Shown here piece after piece: positions 1 through 10,066 of a DNA stretch of 54,444 nucleotides; positions within the stretch are counted from its first letter, which is position 1, and each line of letters opens with the position of its first letter. Made by a program: the position numbers and the translations under genes. The DNA lies in NCBI GenBank assembly GCA_949283075.1, contig CASDRH010000017.1, positions 1-54,444 of the forward strand, in the 5' to 3' direction. The stretch comes from an uncultured Pseudomonadota bacterium (GTDB lineage Bacteria > Pseudomonadota > Alphaproteobacteria > Rs-D84 > CASDRH01). Under the pieces are notes generated by a model that saw nothing but the letters and a program-made list of their open reading frames with translations, ran no database searches and was not told where the DNA came from.

Positions 1-1535
1 TGTGTTAACATTGCATCACTATAAGCACCCATAGCAACTTCATAAGGTCCTTTATGCCAGTAATATTTAGATTCTACATTACCATTTTCTATAACACTTC
101 TTATTTCTTTTCCAGTATCAGTAACTCTAACAGTTACAGGAGTTGTTGATGAACCTATATAACAACTATATGTTCCATTATAATTATCAGTCCAGCTAGT
201 TAAAGTATTTATATCATTAGTAGCATTTCTACATAAACATTCCTCAACAGAAATATAAGGTTCCAAATCATTTGGCCTTTGTTCTTTTCTTGTTAAAATA
301 TTTTTATCTTTATCATATGGGAAATAAGTAGCACCAGAAGCAGTTTGATATACTTTTGATTCATTATTTTCTACATAATTATCCATATCCTCCTCACTTT
401 TGCATTCTGGAGCATCAGGAGTATTTCCACATAGATAATTAGAGAAATTTTTTCTTATTTCTTTAAGATTTGATTTTGCCTTTCGAATCATTTCTTCTTT
501 ATGAGATTCAGAAGTAAAAACTATAAGATATGGACGATAAGATGCTGTTCCATTGCGAGAAGCACAACCAGATTCTAATGCTTGATATGCTTCATCTCGT
601 TCAGATGATAATTTATCAACTTTTTCTTCCATATAATCTGTCCAAGTATAGTCGTAATCTTCACACTCTGTTTTTGTCATACCTTCTACTTTTTCACCTC
701 TATTGTCTGTACAAAATCCATTTTTATTTTTGAAATCATTAGCAACCCATGCATTAGCAAGCGATCCTGTTAAATCAACCCCAAGAGATGCTACTGCACC
801 CCATCTTTGTATATTAAAATTTGCTTGTTGTTTATAATCACCCTCTGACATCATATCAATTTCATCTACGCCAAAGCTTGTTAAATCACATAACTTACTT
901 TGTCCTACTACCAAATCTTTTTTAGATAAAATTCTATCACTTGAACTTTGACCATTATTTAACTCTTTTGGACCATACCCAACAGTAACAACACAATTAC
1001 CAAATTCTAAATACTCTCCTAAATCATTTGGTTCTTGCCCACCAACATACTTTCCCATCAAACCATCACAAGCTTTCTTTGATTCTGCAAGCATTTTTTT
1101 CTGTATTTCAACTTTTGCCTTATTTTCGAAATCCTGATGAATAACCTGAGTTGCAGTGTATTGAGACGCGCATTGTGTCATAAACATTTGTTCTATAACA
1201 TTTGGATTAAAACACTTACTTGGAATTAAACCTGTGTTTCCAACACAAGCCATTCGCATACATTTTTCTAAATCACTTAAAGCATTATAATATGTATTGT
1301 ATTCCTCTTTTGTTGGTTCATCAACTTGAGTAGAATAAGAAGTGCTACTAGCAACCAAACTTGCCGCCTTATTTACTATAGCTGGAGTTCTTGATGGAGT
1401 TCTTTTTACTGTTGTAGCTCTTTTTTTTACATTTGATGAAGTAGCCGATATAGCATCAAATGACAAGAATAATAAAGATACACAAACTAAAGATTGTGAT
1501 AATTTTGAAATAATATATTTTTTATTTTTAAACAT
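1..1535 (-). CDS. Secreted cysteine-rich protein (partial, runs off the left edge); paralog of 1541..2857
   Basis: Not in the ORF track. Manual translation from ATG 1535 is open to the window edge: MFKNKKYIISKLSQSLVCVSLLFLSFDAISATSSNVKKRATTVKRTPSRTPA...LEKCMRMACVGNTGLIPSKCFNP...KKACDGLMGKY...GNCVVTVGY...KKDLVVGQSKLCDLTSFG. It has a signal-peptide-like N-terminus and the same Cys spacing as the next gene. Confidence 0.8.
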   Translation of the reverse strand, partial: MFKNKKYIISKLSQSLVCVSLLFLSFDAISATSSNVKKRATTVKRTPSRTPAIVNKAASLVASSTSYSTQVDEPTKEEYNTYYNALSDLEKCMRMACVGNTGLIPSKCFNPNVIEQMFMTQCASQYTATQVIHQDFENKAKVEIQKKMLAESKKACDGLMGKYVGGQEPNDLGEYLEFGNCVVTVGYGPKELNNGQSSSDRILSKKDLVVGQSKLCDLTSFGVDEIDMMSEGDYKQQANFNIQRWGAVASLGVDLTGSLANAWVANDFKNKNGFCTDNRGEKVEGMTKTECEDYDYTWTDYMEEKVDKLSSERDEAYQALESGCASRNGTASYRPYLIVFTSESHKEEMIRKAKSNLKEIRKNFSNYLCGNTPDAPECKSEEDMDNYVENNESKVYQTASGATYFPYDKDKNILTRKEQRPNDLEPYISVEECLCRNATNDINTLTSWTDNYNGTYSCYIGSSTTPVTVRVTDTGKEIRSVIENGNVESKYYWHKGPYEVAMGAYSDAMLT

Positions 1536-1540
1536 TACTT

Positions 1541-2857
1541 TTATTCATATGATTTCCATTTTATAGAAATCGTATCTCCCTCTTTATAAGTATCACCATA
1601 CGAATTTGTATTATCTTTAATTTTACATTTACCAGTAATAACTTCTCCAACCATTGCTTTTTTTGATTCAGCAGAATTCAACATTGCAGCACCAGTAAGA
1701 ACTGGAGCCATACTAGATATAGTACTTGTTATATTAGAAATCTGTGTTTGTTTTTGTTTTAATTGATCTCCATAATTATCATTCTTATTTTCGCTAGGTA
1801 AAAATGCTGGAATAGCTCCTAACAAACTTATTCCACCAGTAATTAAAGCCATATCTGCCGGACCAATAGTATCAGAACCAGTTATTTTACCGCCATATGT
1901 TTTTTCAAGTGAATCATCATAAAAGAAATATTTAGGAAGTTCAAATGAATCAAAAGAACAAATTAAAGTATCTCCTGTTTCCAATTTTTTCTCTGCTTCC
2001 TCGTTAGGAATAGGATTGGATCTATGATTATCCTTATCTTCATTTAATTTTTGTCCATTTATATCTACATAATAATTAATACCAGATGTTTCAAATGTTG
2101 ATTTTCTACTATAAATAACACTAACTTCACACTCTCCAGCAGCTGTCAATTTACCTTTTAATACGTTTTCACAAGCTCTCTGTTTTCTCTCTTTAATATC
2201 ATTAAAGAAGTATTCTCTTATTTTTGTTTGAACTTCAGCACTTGCAGTTGAATACATTTGAGCACAACTATCATGTGCATTTTCTAAAGCTGTTTTAGCC
2301 CCAACAATTTTACTTGAAAAACACCCAACAAAATTTCCTGTTGAACCATCAACTGGAGCACACGCATTTTTCATACAATCAGAATATCTTTTATATTCTG
2401 GCGTTTCGTTCATGGGTATATCAATACAATACGAACCAGAAATTCTTCTTCCATTAATTTCTGTACAACTTGCCATTATTTCATTTTTTAGCTTTGTAAT
2501 AAAGCTTGATTGTAATGATTCAGAAATTCCATCTTGGAGCGTAAAACACTCATTCATTTGAGTATTTAAAAAAGTTGATTGATCTTCTCTGTAACACAAT
2601 TCAAATTCTGCACCACAACGAGACTTTACACAACTTGAAAATTTTGAATACATAGTATTTTCATTTGCTGAACCATAGCCAGGACGATTTACATTTGTAA
2701 CATAAGCTCTATTAGAAGGTTGACGTTTTACAGTTGATGGGACAGAAGTTCTTTTATTAGTTTTAGATGTTTGAGCGTAAGAAAAACCTATATCTGCAAT
2801 AGATATTGCAAATAATGATATTGCATAAATACTTATTTTTAAATTTTCCTTTATCAC
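1541..2857 (-). CDS. Secreted cysteine-rich protein, function unknown
   Basis: 438-aa ORF with a signal peptide (…FSYA|Q), a basic K/R/T/S stretch, two C-x3-C-xn-C modules (SSCVKSRCGAEFELCY; SDCMKNACAPVDGSTGNFVGCF), a hydrophobic segment ALITGGISLLGAIPAFL, and RBS AGGAG upstream. Confidence 0.75.
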   Translation of the reverse strand: MIKENLKISIYAISLFAISIADIGFSYAQTSKTNKRTSVPSTVKRQPSNRAYVTNVNRPGYGSANENTMYSKFSSCVKSRCGAEFELCYREDQSTFLNTQMNECFTLQDGISESLQSSFITKLKNEIMASCTEINGRRISGSYCIDIPMNETPEYKRYSDCMKNACAPVDGSTGNFVGCFSSKIVGAKTALENAHDSCAQMYSTASAEVQTKIREYFFNDIKERKQRACENVLKGKLTAAGECEVSVIYSRKSTFETSGINYYVDINGQKLNEDKDNHRSNPIPNEEAEKKLETGDTLICSFDSFELPKYFFYDDSLEKTYGGKITGSDTIGPADMALITGGISLLGAIPAFLPSENKNDNYGDQLKQKQTQISNITSTISSMAPVLTGAAMLNSAESKKAMVGEVITGKCKIKDNTNSYGDTYKEGDTISIKWKSYE

Positions 2858-2939
2858 TCAACTCTCCTTAAAATTGATTTGATAAATCCCTCTTATAAGA
2901 TATAAGTAATATATCACAAATAAAAAATAAATTCAAACA

Positions 2940-3704
2940 TCATTTTAAAATTAATAAATTTGATATTACAAAGATTACAAATGACAAAAACAAAACAGAA
3001 GCATATGGTAAATACCTTTGTTTAAAAGCATATGATAAGACAACAAAAGATATAATCGATATTAAAATTACTTTATATAAATTATTTATTCCAAATAAAA
3101 CACCTAATGAAGATAGTAATTTTATATCTCCACCGCCAAAACCTTCAGGATATTTTTTATAAGTTATAGATGAAATTAAAACTCCAATAGCATATCCATA
3201 AATTCCTCCTAATGCGGATATTAAAATTGAAGAAGAAAAAATATTAAAAATTAAATTACCATCCGGAATTATTTTTAATAAAAATGATAAAAATAAAATA
3301 GAAAATAATACAAATGGAAAAGTTAAAAAATCTGGAATTATATATCCATTTTTATCAATTTCAAACATAAATAAAAACAATAAATATAAAACATTAAATG
3401 TTAAATATATCATATAGTTATCGTATATATTTAAAACTAATATATTAGATAAAATAATAGTATGTAATAAATATATTATTAAAGTATTAATTAAAGATGA
3501 TATTAAAGCAAAATTAAATGAATAAAAAAATAATTTATTTTTTAATTTTTTATATTTTGTTTTTAAATTTTTATATTTTTTATTTTTAAAAGATGTATTT
3601 AAAAGCATAGGTAATGTACAAGGATAAAGTTTAACTATATACCTTGATAAAAAAGGAAAAGTAAAAGAAAGCAAAAACATCAAAATAAAATTTAATAAAA
3701 TCAT
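2940..3704 (-). CDS. A24-family prepilin peptidase
   Basis: Polytopic membrane protein with both catalytic Asp motifs: EIDKNGYIIPDFLT and GFGGGDIKLL, followed by LPYAS (P-F/Y motif). Confidence 0.8.
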   Translation of the reverse strand: MILLNFILMFLLSFTFPFLSRYIVKLYPCTLPMLLNTSFKNKKYKNLKTKYKKLKNKLFFYSFNFALISSLINTLIIYLLHTIILSNILVLNIYDNYMIYLTFNVLYLLFLFMFEIDKNGYIIPDFLTFPFVLFSILFLSFLLKIIPDGNLIFNIFSSSILISALGGIYGYAIGVLISSITYKKYPEGFGGGDIKLLSSLGVLFGINNLYKVILISIISFVVLSYAFKQRYLPYASVLFLSFVIFVISNLLILK

Positions 3705-3817
3705 TATAAAATCCTTAACTTTATCTTATGTAAACTTGACTTTTTTTATACTCTGCAATATTATATATGTTATTCATTTTACAAGAAAAATAAAACATTT
3801 CAAAGGAATTTTCAAAA

Positions 3818-4354
3818 ATGTCAAATATATGGAACGATAAAAAAGTTGAAAAAATGAAAAGTTTGTTAGCATCAGGACTTTCAACTTCTGAAATAGGTAA
3901 AAAATTAGGCGTATCAAAAAACGCTGTTATCGGAAAAATTCATAGATTAGGTTTAGATAAATTAGGAGCAAAAGCAAAAGAAATTAAAAAATCAAATACA
4001 AAGCCAAATAAAAAAGAAAGTAATTTATTTTCATTTGCTATATCAAAACAAAAAGAAACAATAAAAGATGATAAAAATACAAAACAAGAAAAAGATACAA
4101 AAGAATATATTAAAACAGAACAAAACACAACAAATTCAATTGAACAAAAAATTGAAATTGACGCTGTATCTCCCTCAAAACACAAAGGAAAAAAATATCA
4201 ATTACAAGATTTAAAAATTGATATGTGTAGATGGGCATATGGAGAACCTAATTCTCCAAATTTTTTCTTTTGTGGAGAGAAAACTTATAAGAATAAACCT
4301 TATTGTGAAAAGCATTGTAGCATAGCTTATGTCACTAAAAAAACTTCTGAGTAA
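3818..4354 (+). CDS. gcrA: GcrA cell-cycle regulator
   Basis: N-terminal WNDKKVEKMKSLLASGLSTSEIGKKLGVSKNAVIGKIHRLGL and C-terminal CRWAYGEP…FFFCG…PYCEKHCSIAY are hallmarks of GcrA. Confidence 0.93.
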   Translation: MSNIWNDKKVEKMKSLLASGLSTSEIGKKLGVSKNAVIGKIHRLGLDKLGAKAKEIKKSNTKPNKKESNLFSFAISKQKETIKDDKNTKQEKDTKEYIKTEQNTTNSIEQKIEIDAVSPSKHKGKKYQLQDLKIDMCRWAYGEPNSPNFFFCGEKTYKNKPYCEKHCSIAYVTKKTSE

Positions 4355-4382
4355 GTATTTAAAAATTAAATAAAAATATTTC

Positions 4383-4412
4383 AAGGAATCGCTTGCATTG
4401 GATTCCTTTTTT
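4383..4412 (+). terminator. Rho-independent terminator after gcrA
   Basis: Stem AAGGAATC/GATTCCTT followed by a T-run. Confidence 0.6.
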
Positions 4413-4457
4413 ATTTATAATTTTTATATAGTTAAAGGTAAGGAAAGGAATTAAATT

Positions 4458-7400
4458 ATGGCAAATCCCATAATAAAAACTTCTTGGAATGAATCTAAAA
4501 TAGACGAATTAAAGGAATTCCTATATGAATCTCCTGGTTTATCTTTTATTGCATATCATTTAAAAGAAGATAATCAATTAGCTTTTGTGTTAAATACAAC
4601 AGAGAATCAGTATTGTGTTTTTAAAAAACTTATTATTGATGCTTTGCCTTATGAAGAGGATAAATTTGAACCTAAAATAAAATGGGATCAAATTGTTAAA
4701 GATAAATTTAAAATTAATCCTATTTCAATACGTCCTAAAAACGGAAATAAATATGAAAAGTTTGATATTGATTATATCGGACTTGCTGATTATGAGAAAT
4801 TAATTAAAAATCCAGAAGATGAAAAATTAAGAAATAAGATTATCATTGATAATATTAAAATGAATTTAATAGCTTCTAGGAAAAGACAAGATGCAGCAAC
4901 TACTGAATTAAATACATCTTCTAAAACTATTGATAGCACATCAAAAACTTGTGAAAAATTAGATACTTCTGTTAAGAAACTTAAAAATAAACTTGAACGT
5001 TTAAATTCAGAATTGGAAACAGAAGAAATACAAGAAGAGAAGGCTATTACTACAGATAAATTATATAAAAAATTAACTGCTCAGAAAAATGCAAAGAGAA
5101 GATTAAAAAGAGCTAAAAATAGATATTCTGATGCTAATGAAATTTTAGAAGAAACAAAAACTACTATAGATAATATACTTAAATTCTTATCTAATTTAGG
5201 AATTTCTGTTGATAATTTAGAAGAAAATATAATAAAAGATATTAATATTCATAAAAATGAAGAAAAAAGTGAAAAAAAGCCTGATTTTGATAAGAATATA
5301 CTTGCATTAAAAAATGAACAAAATAAAATGCAAATTAATAAAGATATTACGAGAGAAGAAGATAGGAGAAATATTATGGTACAAAATAATATAACAGATA
5401 ATAAAAAACCTAACGATTCTGTTAAAAATATTACTTTACCAAGTAGTGTTCAGAACTTTTTGAAAAATGGTAGTTTTAAAGCAACCGATTCTGATAATAA
5501 AGAAAAGATGAATAACAATACTAACATTCAAAATAAACCAAATGTTGAAAATAAGACTTTTGTAAATAAAGTTGAAAACAATAAGGGGGCTAATATGCCA
5601 AGTATGAATAATACTCCTAATGCTCAAAGTTTAAAAACTCAACAACAATCTACAGTTGTTGATAAAACAAAGATTGTTACAGCTAATAATACTCCTGTTT
5701 TCCAACAACAGAAGAATAATACTCAACAACCTATGCAATCTCAAATTATAACAACAAAAACTACTGAAAAAACAACTATTAATACTCCATCTGCTAATGT
5801 ATCAGCTCAACAAAATTCTGTTGTTATAAAACCAAAACCTGTTGTTTTTGAAGCTAAAAAAACAAACTTTTCAAGTAATTCAAATAACTTTAATAATGAT
5901 GATAAAGCTGATTTTCAAAGAAAAGCTGGTATATTGATTGCTATTGTTATGTTATTAGCTATTGTCGGAGCTGCTGGATATATATTCTTTACAACTCCAT
6001 CTATGGAAAATAAAGATTATTATGCTAAAGATAATAATATTCAGAATACTTATAATAATCCTCAAACTGTTCAAAATGAAGAACCGGTAATTATGCCAAA
6101 AATAGAAGAAGTTAATAATAATTCATATGCTGAATTTGATAAGCAAAATGCAAATACTCCTTCTATGGATAATACTTATACTGATAATTCAAATATGAAT
6201 TCTTCTATTTCAACAACAAGTTCAACAAGAACAGAACAAAATACTGTTAAAAAAGAAGAAATAGTAAAAACAAATGAAAGTATTGCAAAGAAAGAAGATA
6301 CATTTACTACTGAAGTAATAAAGCCTTTACCAGCAGAGGAAAAGAATTATACTAATGTACAAAGTGATCCTCTTTATATGGGAATTGATACTACAAATAC
6401 TTATGAATTATCAAATGAAGCTATTCGTATAAAAAATGATGCTAACTTGATAAATATACGTAAAGATTATATCGAAAAAGTAATAGGTTACGATGGTAGA
6501 ATTAACAAATCACTTGATATAATGATGACTTTAGGAGAAGCATTTGTTGCTCAAAATGATGAAGTTATCAATAAATATATTCAAGAAGTATATGCTATGA
6601 ATGAGTATTGGAATTCTTTCCGTGATGCAACTATGAATGCTTACTATAAATCTAGCACTCAATTGAAAGATGTCGTATATGCTGATAAGGAATTATATGA
6701 TATGTATGTTGAAGATGAATTATTATTGAGAAAATATGCTGATGCTCATCAAAATCTATTCTTAATAGTTAGATATATGCTTGATAACTATGCAGGACAT
6801 GTTGATCAAAAATTATTTGATAAGATTGATTTATTATCTAAAACTCCTGAAAATATTGGTTATCCAAAGGAAAAAACATTGTTGATATTGGCAGCTTATG
6901 CTCAAATAAAAGGAAAAGAAGCTAATTACAATCCTGCTGATTTAAGATTATTAACAAATAAAGAAGTAAATCAAATTGTTAATGATGTTAATATAAATAA
7001 TGGTGAAGCTGAAATAATTAGTACTACAAAGACTGTTATTTTAACAAACCCTAATAATCCTGATGATAAAATTGAAGCAGAGGTTAGTTTAGAAGATATG
7101 GTTGCGGGAGAAGAATACGAAATCAGAATGGATGTTGAAAAACAAAATGAATATGGAGATAACATTTCTGATAAAGAAGCTGTAATTAATGAAAATACAG
7201 AAATCATTATTGATACATCTGCAAAAAATGAAGATTATAAAGATACAAATAATTTGAATAATAATACTTCATATAATAATGAAATATATCCAGTGGGTGA
7301 AACTTACAATAATGATAATTATTATCAATATGGATCTAATACACAAAATAGCAGTTTAAATAATAATTCTTATGATAATTCTGATAGTGTAGATGTTGTT

Positions 7401-7478
7401 AAAGAAGATACTAAAAATAAGATAAATTCTTTAAATCCAGAAGATAAAGGTTTATTAGTTATGGCACCGGCTTTATAA
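4458..7478 (+). CDS. Large hypothetical single-pass membrane protein with N-terminal coiled coil and N/Q/T-rich linkers
   Basis: 1006-aa ORF with a strong RBS (AAGGA), a heptad-rich region at about aa 140-245, and one TM helix (AGILIAIVMLLAIVGAAGYIFF). Confidence 0.7.
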   Translation: MANPIIKTSWNESKIDELKEFLYESPGLSFIAYHLKEDNQLAFVLNTTENQYCVFKKLIIDALPYEEDKFEPKIKWDQIVKDKFKINPISIRPKNGNKYEKFDIDYIGLADYEKLIKNPEDEKLRNKIIIDNIKMNLIASRKRQDAATTELNTSSKTIDSTSKTCEKLDTSVKKLKNKLERLNSELETEEIQEEKAITTDKLYKKLTAQKNAKRRLKRAKNRYSDANEILEETKTTIDNILKFLSNLGISVDNLEENIIKDINIHKNEEKSEKKPDFDKNILALKNEQNKMQINKDITREEDRRNIMVQNNITDNKKPNDSVKNITLPSSVQNFLKNGSFKATDSDNKEKMNNNTNIQNKPNVENKTFVNKVENNKGANMPSMNNTPNAQSLKTQQQSTVVDKTKIVTANNTPVFQQQKNNTQQPMQSQIITTKTTEKTTINTPSANVSAQQNSVVIKPKPVVFEAKKTNFSSNSNNFNNDDKADFQRKAGILIAIVMLLAIVGAAGYIFFTTPSMENKDYYAKDNNIQNTYNNPQTVQNEEPVIMPKIEEVNNNSYAEFDKQNANTPSMDNTYTDNSNMNSSISTTSSTRTEQNTVKKEEIVKTNESIAKKEDTFTTEVIKPLPAEEKNYTNVQSDPLYMGIDTTNTYELSNEAIRIKNDANLINIRKDYIEKVIGYDGRINKSLDIMMTLGEAFVAQNDEVINKYIQEVYAMNEYWNSFRDATMNAYYKSSTQLKDVVYADKELYDMYVEDELLLRKYADAHQNLFLIVRYMLDNYAGHVDQKLFDKIDLLSKTPENIGYPKEKTLLILAAYAQIKGKEANYNPADLRLLTNKEVNQIVNDVNINNGEAEIISTTKTVILTNPNNPDDKIEAEVSLEDMVAGEEYEIRMDVEKQNEYGDNISDKEAVINENTEIIIDTSAKNEDYKDTNNLNNNTSYNNEIYPVGETYNNDNYYQYGSNTQNSSLNNNSYDNSDSVDVVKEDTKNKINSLNPEDKGLLVMAPAL

Positions 7479-7533
7479 TTGAACTATAACTTTAAATATT
7501 AATAATTAACTCATTGAAAATTGGATTTTTAAT

Positions 7534-8667
7534 ATGGATAATAAATTAGATATAGATATTTTAAAAACAGAAGAAAATACAGAGAATAATGAAGTTTCTC
7601 AAGATAATTTGGAATCTTCTTCTATTATTTCAAATGATCAAAAACTTGTTCATGAGATAATTAAAGAAGCGAGAGAAAAACTTGGAGTTAGTATTGATGA
7701 AATTTCTGATTTACTAAAAATTAAATCAAAATATTTAATCAGTATTGAAAATGGAGATTTTGATCAATTACCAGGTAATACATATGTTATTGGGTTCTTG
7801 AAAAGTTATTCTTCATTTTTAAGATTAAATACAAATGAAATAATAGAGCTTTATAAAAAACAATTTTCTTTAAACGAAAATAATGATGATGATGAAATAA
7901 ACAGCCAGACTGTTGTTTTACAGGACTCATCAAAAGTTGTTAATTCGATTACAATAATAGCTTTGATATTAATAATTGCTCTTGGTATATTTTTATCAAT
8001 TAAGCTTATATTGAAATTAGTTGATAATAAAGATAAATTAGAAAATGAACAACAAGTTCAAAATACAACTGTTGTTAATAATCAAAATCAGACAAATCTA
8101 AATGTCCCTTCAAGCACATATGAAATGACAAATATTAATACTGTACAAAACAATAATAATATTTCTTCTAATTCTAATATAAATACTGAAAATTTTAATA
8201 AATCTGCACAAGAAAACAATGTAATCCCAAATACAGATAACAATAATACAACTATTTTAAATGATGAAGTTATTAATAATCAAGATAATGATAACGATAA
8301 TATTCAACCTCAACAAAATCAACAATTAGATAATACTAATGTTTCTAATGTAGTTGTTGGAGGTGTTGAAAATCCTAGAATTATTGTTAAGTGTATTGGT
8401 AATTCTTGGGTAAAAGTTAAACAAAATGGAAAATATATATATGACGCTGAAAAAGGTGATGTAGGAGATGGAAATACTATATTTGAAGCTACATTGAAAG
8501 CAGGAGAAGTATATAATGTCCCAAATGAAAATGATATATATTTAACAGTCGGAAATGCTAAAGATATTGAAATATATGTTGATGGTAAAAAAATAAAACC
8601 TTTTGCTACAAAAGAAGGTTTCTCTAAATTAAATATTGAAATGAATCCTGAAAGGTTATTGCAGTGA
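7534..8667 (+). CDS. rodZ: Cytoskeleton protein RodZ (HTH, TM, DUF4115-type C-terminal domain)
   Basis: IKEAREKLGVSIDEISDLLKIKSKYLISIENGDFDQLPGNTYVIGFLKSYSSFL HTH, a TM helix, and C-terminal SWVKV…LKAGE…LTVGNA; lies upstream of hisS. Confidence 0.88.
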   Translation: MDNKLDIDILKTEENTENNEVSQDNLESSSIISNDQKLVHEIIKEAREKLGVSIDEISDLLKIKSKYLISIENGDFDQLPGNTYVIGFLKSYSSFLRLNTNEIIELYKKQFSLNENNDDDEINSQTVVLQDSSKVVNSITIIALILIIALGIFLSIKLILKLVDNKDKLENEQQVQNTTVVNNQNQTNLNVPSSTYEMTNINTVQNNNNISSNSNINTENFNKSAQENNVIPNTDNNNTTILNDEVINNQDNDNDNIQPQQNQQLDNTNVSNVVVGGVENPRIIVKCIGNSWVKVKQNGKYIYDAEKGDVGDGNTIFEATLKAGEVYNVPNENDIYLTVGNAKDIEIYVDGKKIKPFATKEGFSKLNIEMNPERLLQ

Positions 8668-10046
8668 AAAGCTCTATAAATGTAAAAGCCATTAGTGGAT
8701 TTGCTGAATATTTACCTAATGAACAGATTGTTTTTTCAGAAATTAAAAATTTGATTTCTGTTTTTTTTAAACGTAATGGATTTATTCCATTAGATACTTC
8801 TGTTATAGAAAGAGCAGAGGTTTTATTTGCAAAAGAAGGTGGAGAAACTGCTAAACAAGTTTATATGGTTAAAAATAAAAATAGCGATAAAGATGATGAA
8901 TTTGCTTTACGTTTTGACCATACAGTTCCTTTTGCAAGATATGTTGCTAATAATTATTCTAAATTAACTTTTCCATTTGCTAGATACGCTATTGGTAAAG
9001 TTTATAGAGGTGAAAGAGCTCAAAAAGGAAGATATAGAGAATTTTATCAAGCTGATTTTGATATTGTTTCAAATAAAATGTCTGCTGGAAGCGATATTAT
9101 ACACGCTTCTTATGCTTATTATTTATTAAAGGAAATCCTTTCTTTTTTAGGTAAAGATGCTTTAAAACAAAAATTTATATTGCATGTAAGTAATAGAAAA
9201 ATTTTAAATGGGATTTGTAATTTTTTAAATCTTCCCCAAAATTTACATATTGAAGTTTTAAGAATTATAGATAAAATTCGCAAAGTTGATAAAGATACTA
9301 TTTTCAGTATGATGAGTGATATTGGAATTAATCAAGATATATCAAAAGAAATATTTGATATTGTAATGACAGATGGAAATAACTCTGAAGTCTTGCAAAA
9401 ATTGAATAATTCTAAATTTATTGATAATAATGATTTTAAACAAGCTGTTGATGAATTGAATAAATTTGAAGAATTCAATGTTACATCTGGAGAACAGATT
9501 TTTAAGATAGATTTATCTATCACAAGAGGACTTGATTATTATACTGGTAATGTTATTGAAACGTTTTTTGATGATTTTCAAGAATTCGGATCTTGTTTTA
9601 GTGGTGGAAGATATGATGATTTAGTAGATGCATATTCTGGACAAAAGCTTATCGGATTTGGTATGTCATTAGGATTGACTAGATTTTTTGATATGATTTT
9701 ATATTGGAATGAAAAATGTATTATTGATTTAAATAATTTATCAATAAATGATAATTCTATTTTAATTGCTTTTGTTGGAAATGATATTGATATAGATATT
9801 TATAATAAAATTATCTCTGTATTAAAAAATACAACAGCAAAAGTTATTACTACAATGCAATTTTCTAAAATTGATAAAGCATATTCTTATGCTGAAGAAA
9901 AAGATATTCAAATTATTATTGTATTTGAAGAAAGTAAAAAACAATTTATTAAAGTCAAAAATCTTAAATCATCAGAAGCTGTAATGATAGATATTGAGCT
10001 TATTAAAGATAATTTAAGTAATGAAATATTTAAGATGTTTAAATAA
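8664..10046 (+). CDS. hisS: Histidine--tRNA ligase
   Basis: Motifs ALRFDHTVPFARY, VYRGERAQKGRYREFYQADFD, RGLDYYTG and GGRYD. Confidence 0.96.
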   Translation: MKSSINVKAISGFAEYLPNEQIVFSEIKNLISVFFKRNGFIPLDTSVIERAEVLFAKEGGETAKQVYMVKNKNSDKDDEFALRFDHTVPFARYVANNYSKLTFPFARYAIGKVYRGERAQKGRYREFYQADFDIVSNKMSAGSDIIHASYAYYLLKEILSFLGKDALKQKFILHVSNRKILNGICNFLNLPQNLHIEVLRIIDKIRKVDKDTIFSMMSDIGINQDISKEIFDIVMTDGNNSEVLQKLNNSKFIDNNDFKQAVDELNKFEEFNVTSGEQIFKIDLSITRGLDYYTGNVIETFFDDFQEFGSCFSGGRYDDLVDAYSGQKLIGFGMSLGLTRFFDMILYWNEKCIIDLNNLSINDNSILIAFVGNDIDIDIYNKIISVLKNTTAKVITTMQFSKIDKAYSYAEEKDIQIIIVFEESKKQFIKVKNLKSSEAVMIDIELIKDNLSNEIFKMFK

Positions 10047-10066
10047 AAATATATTGAGGTTTAGTA

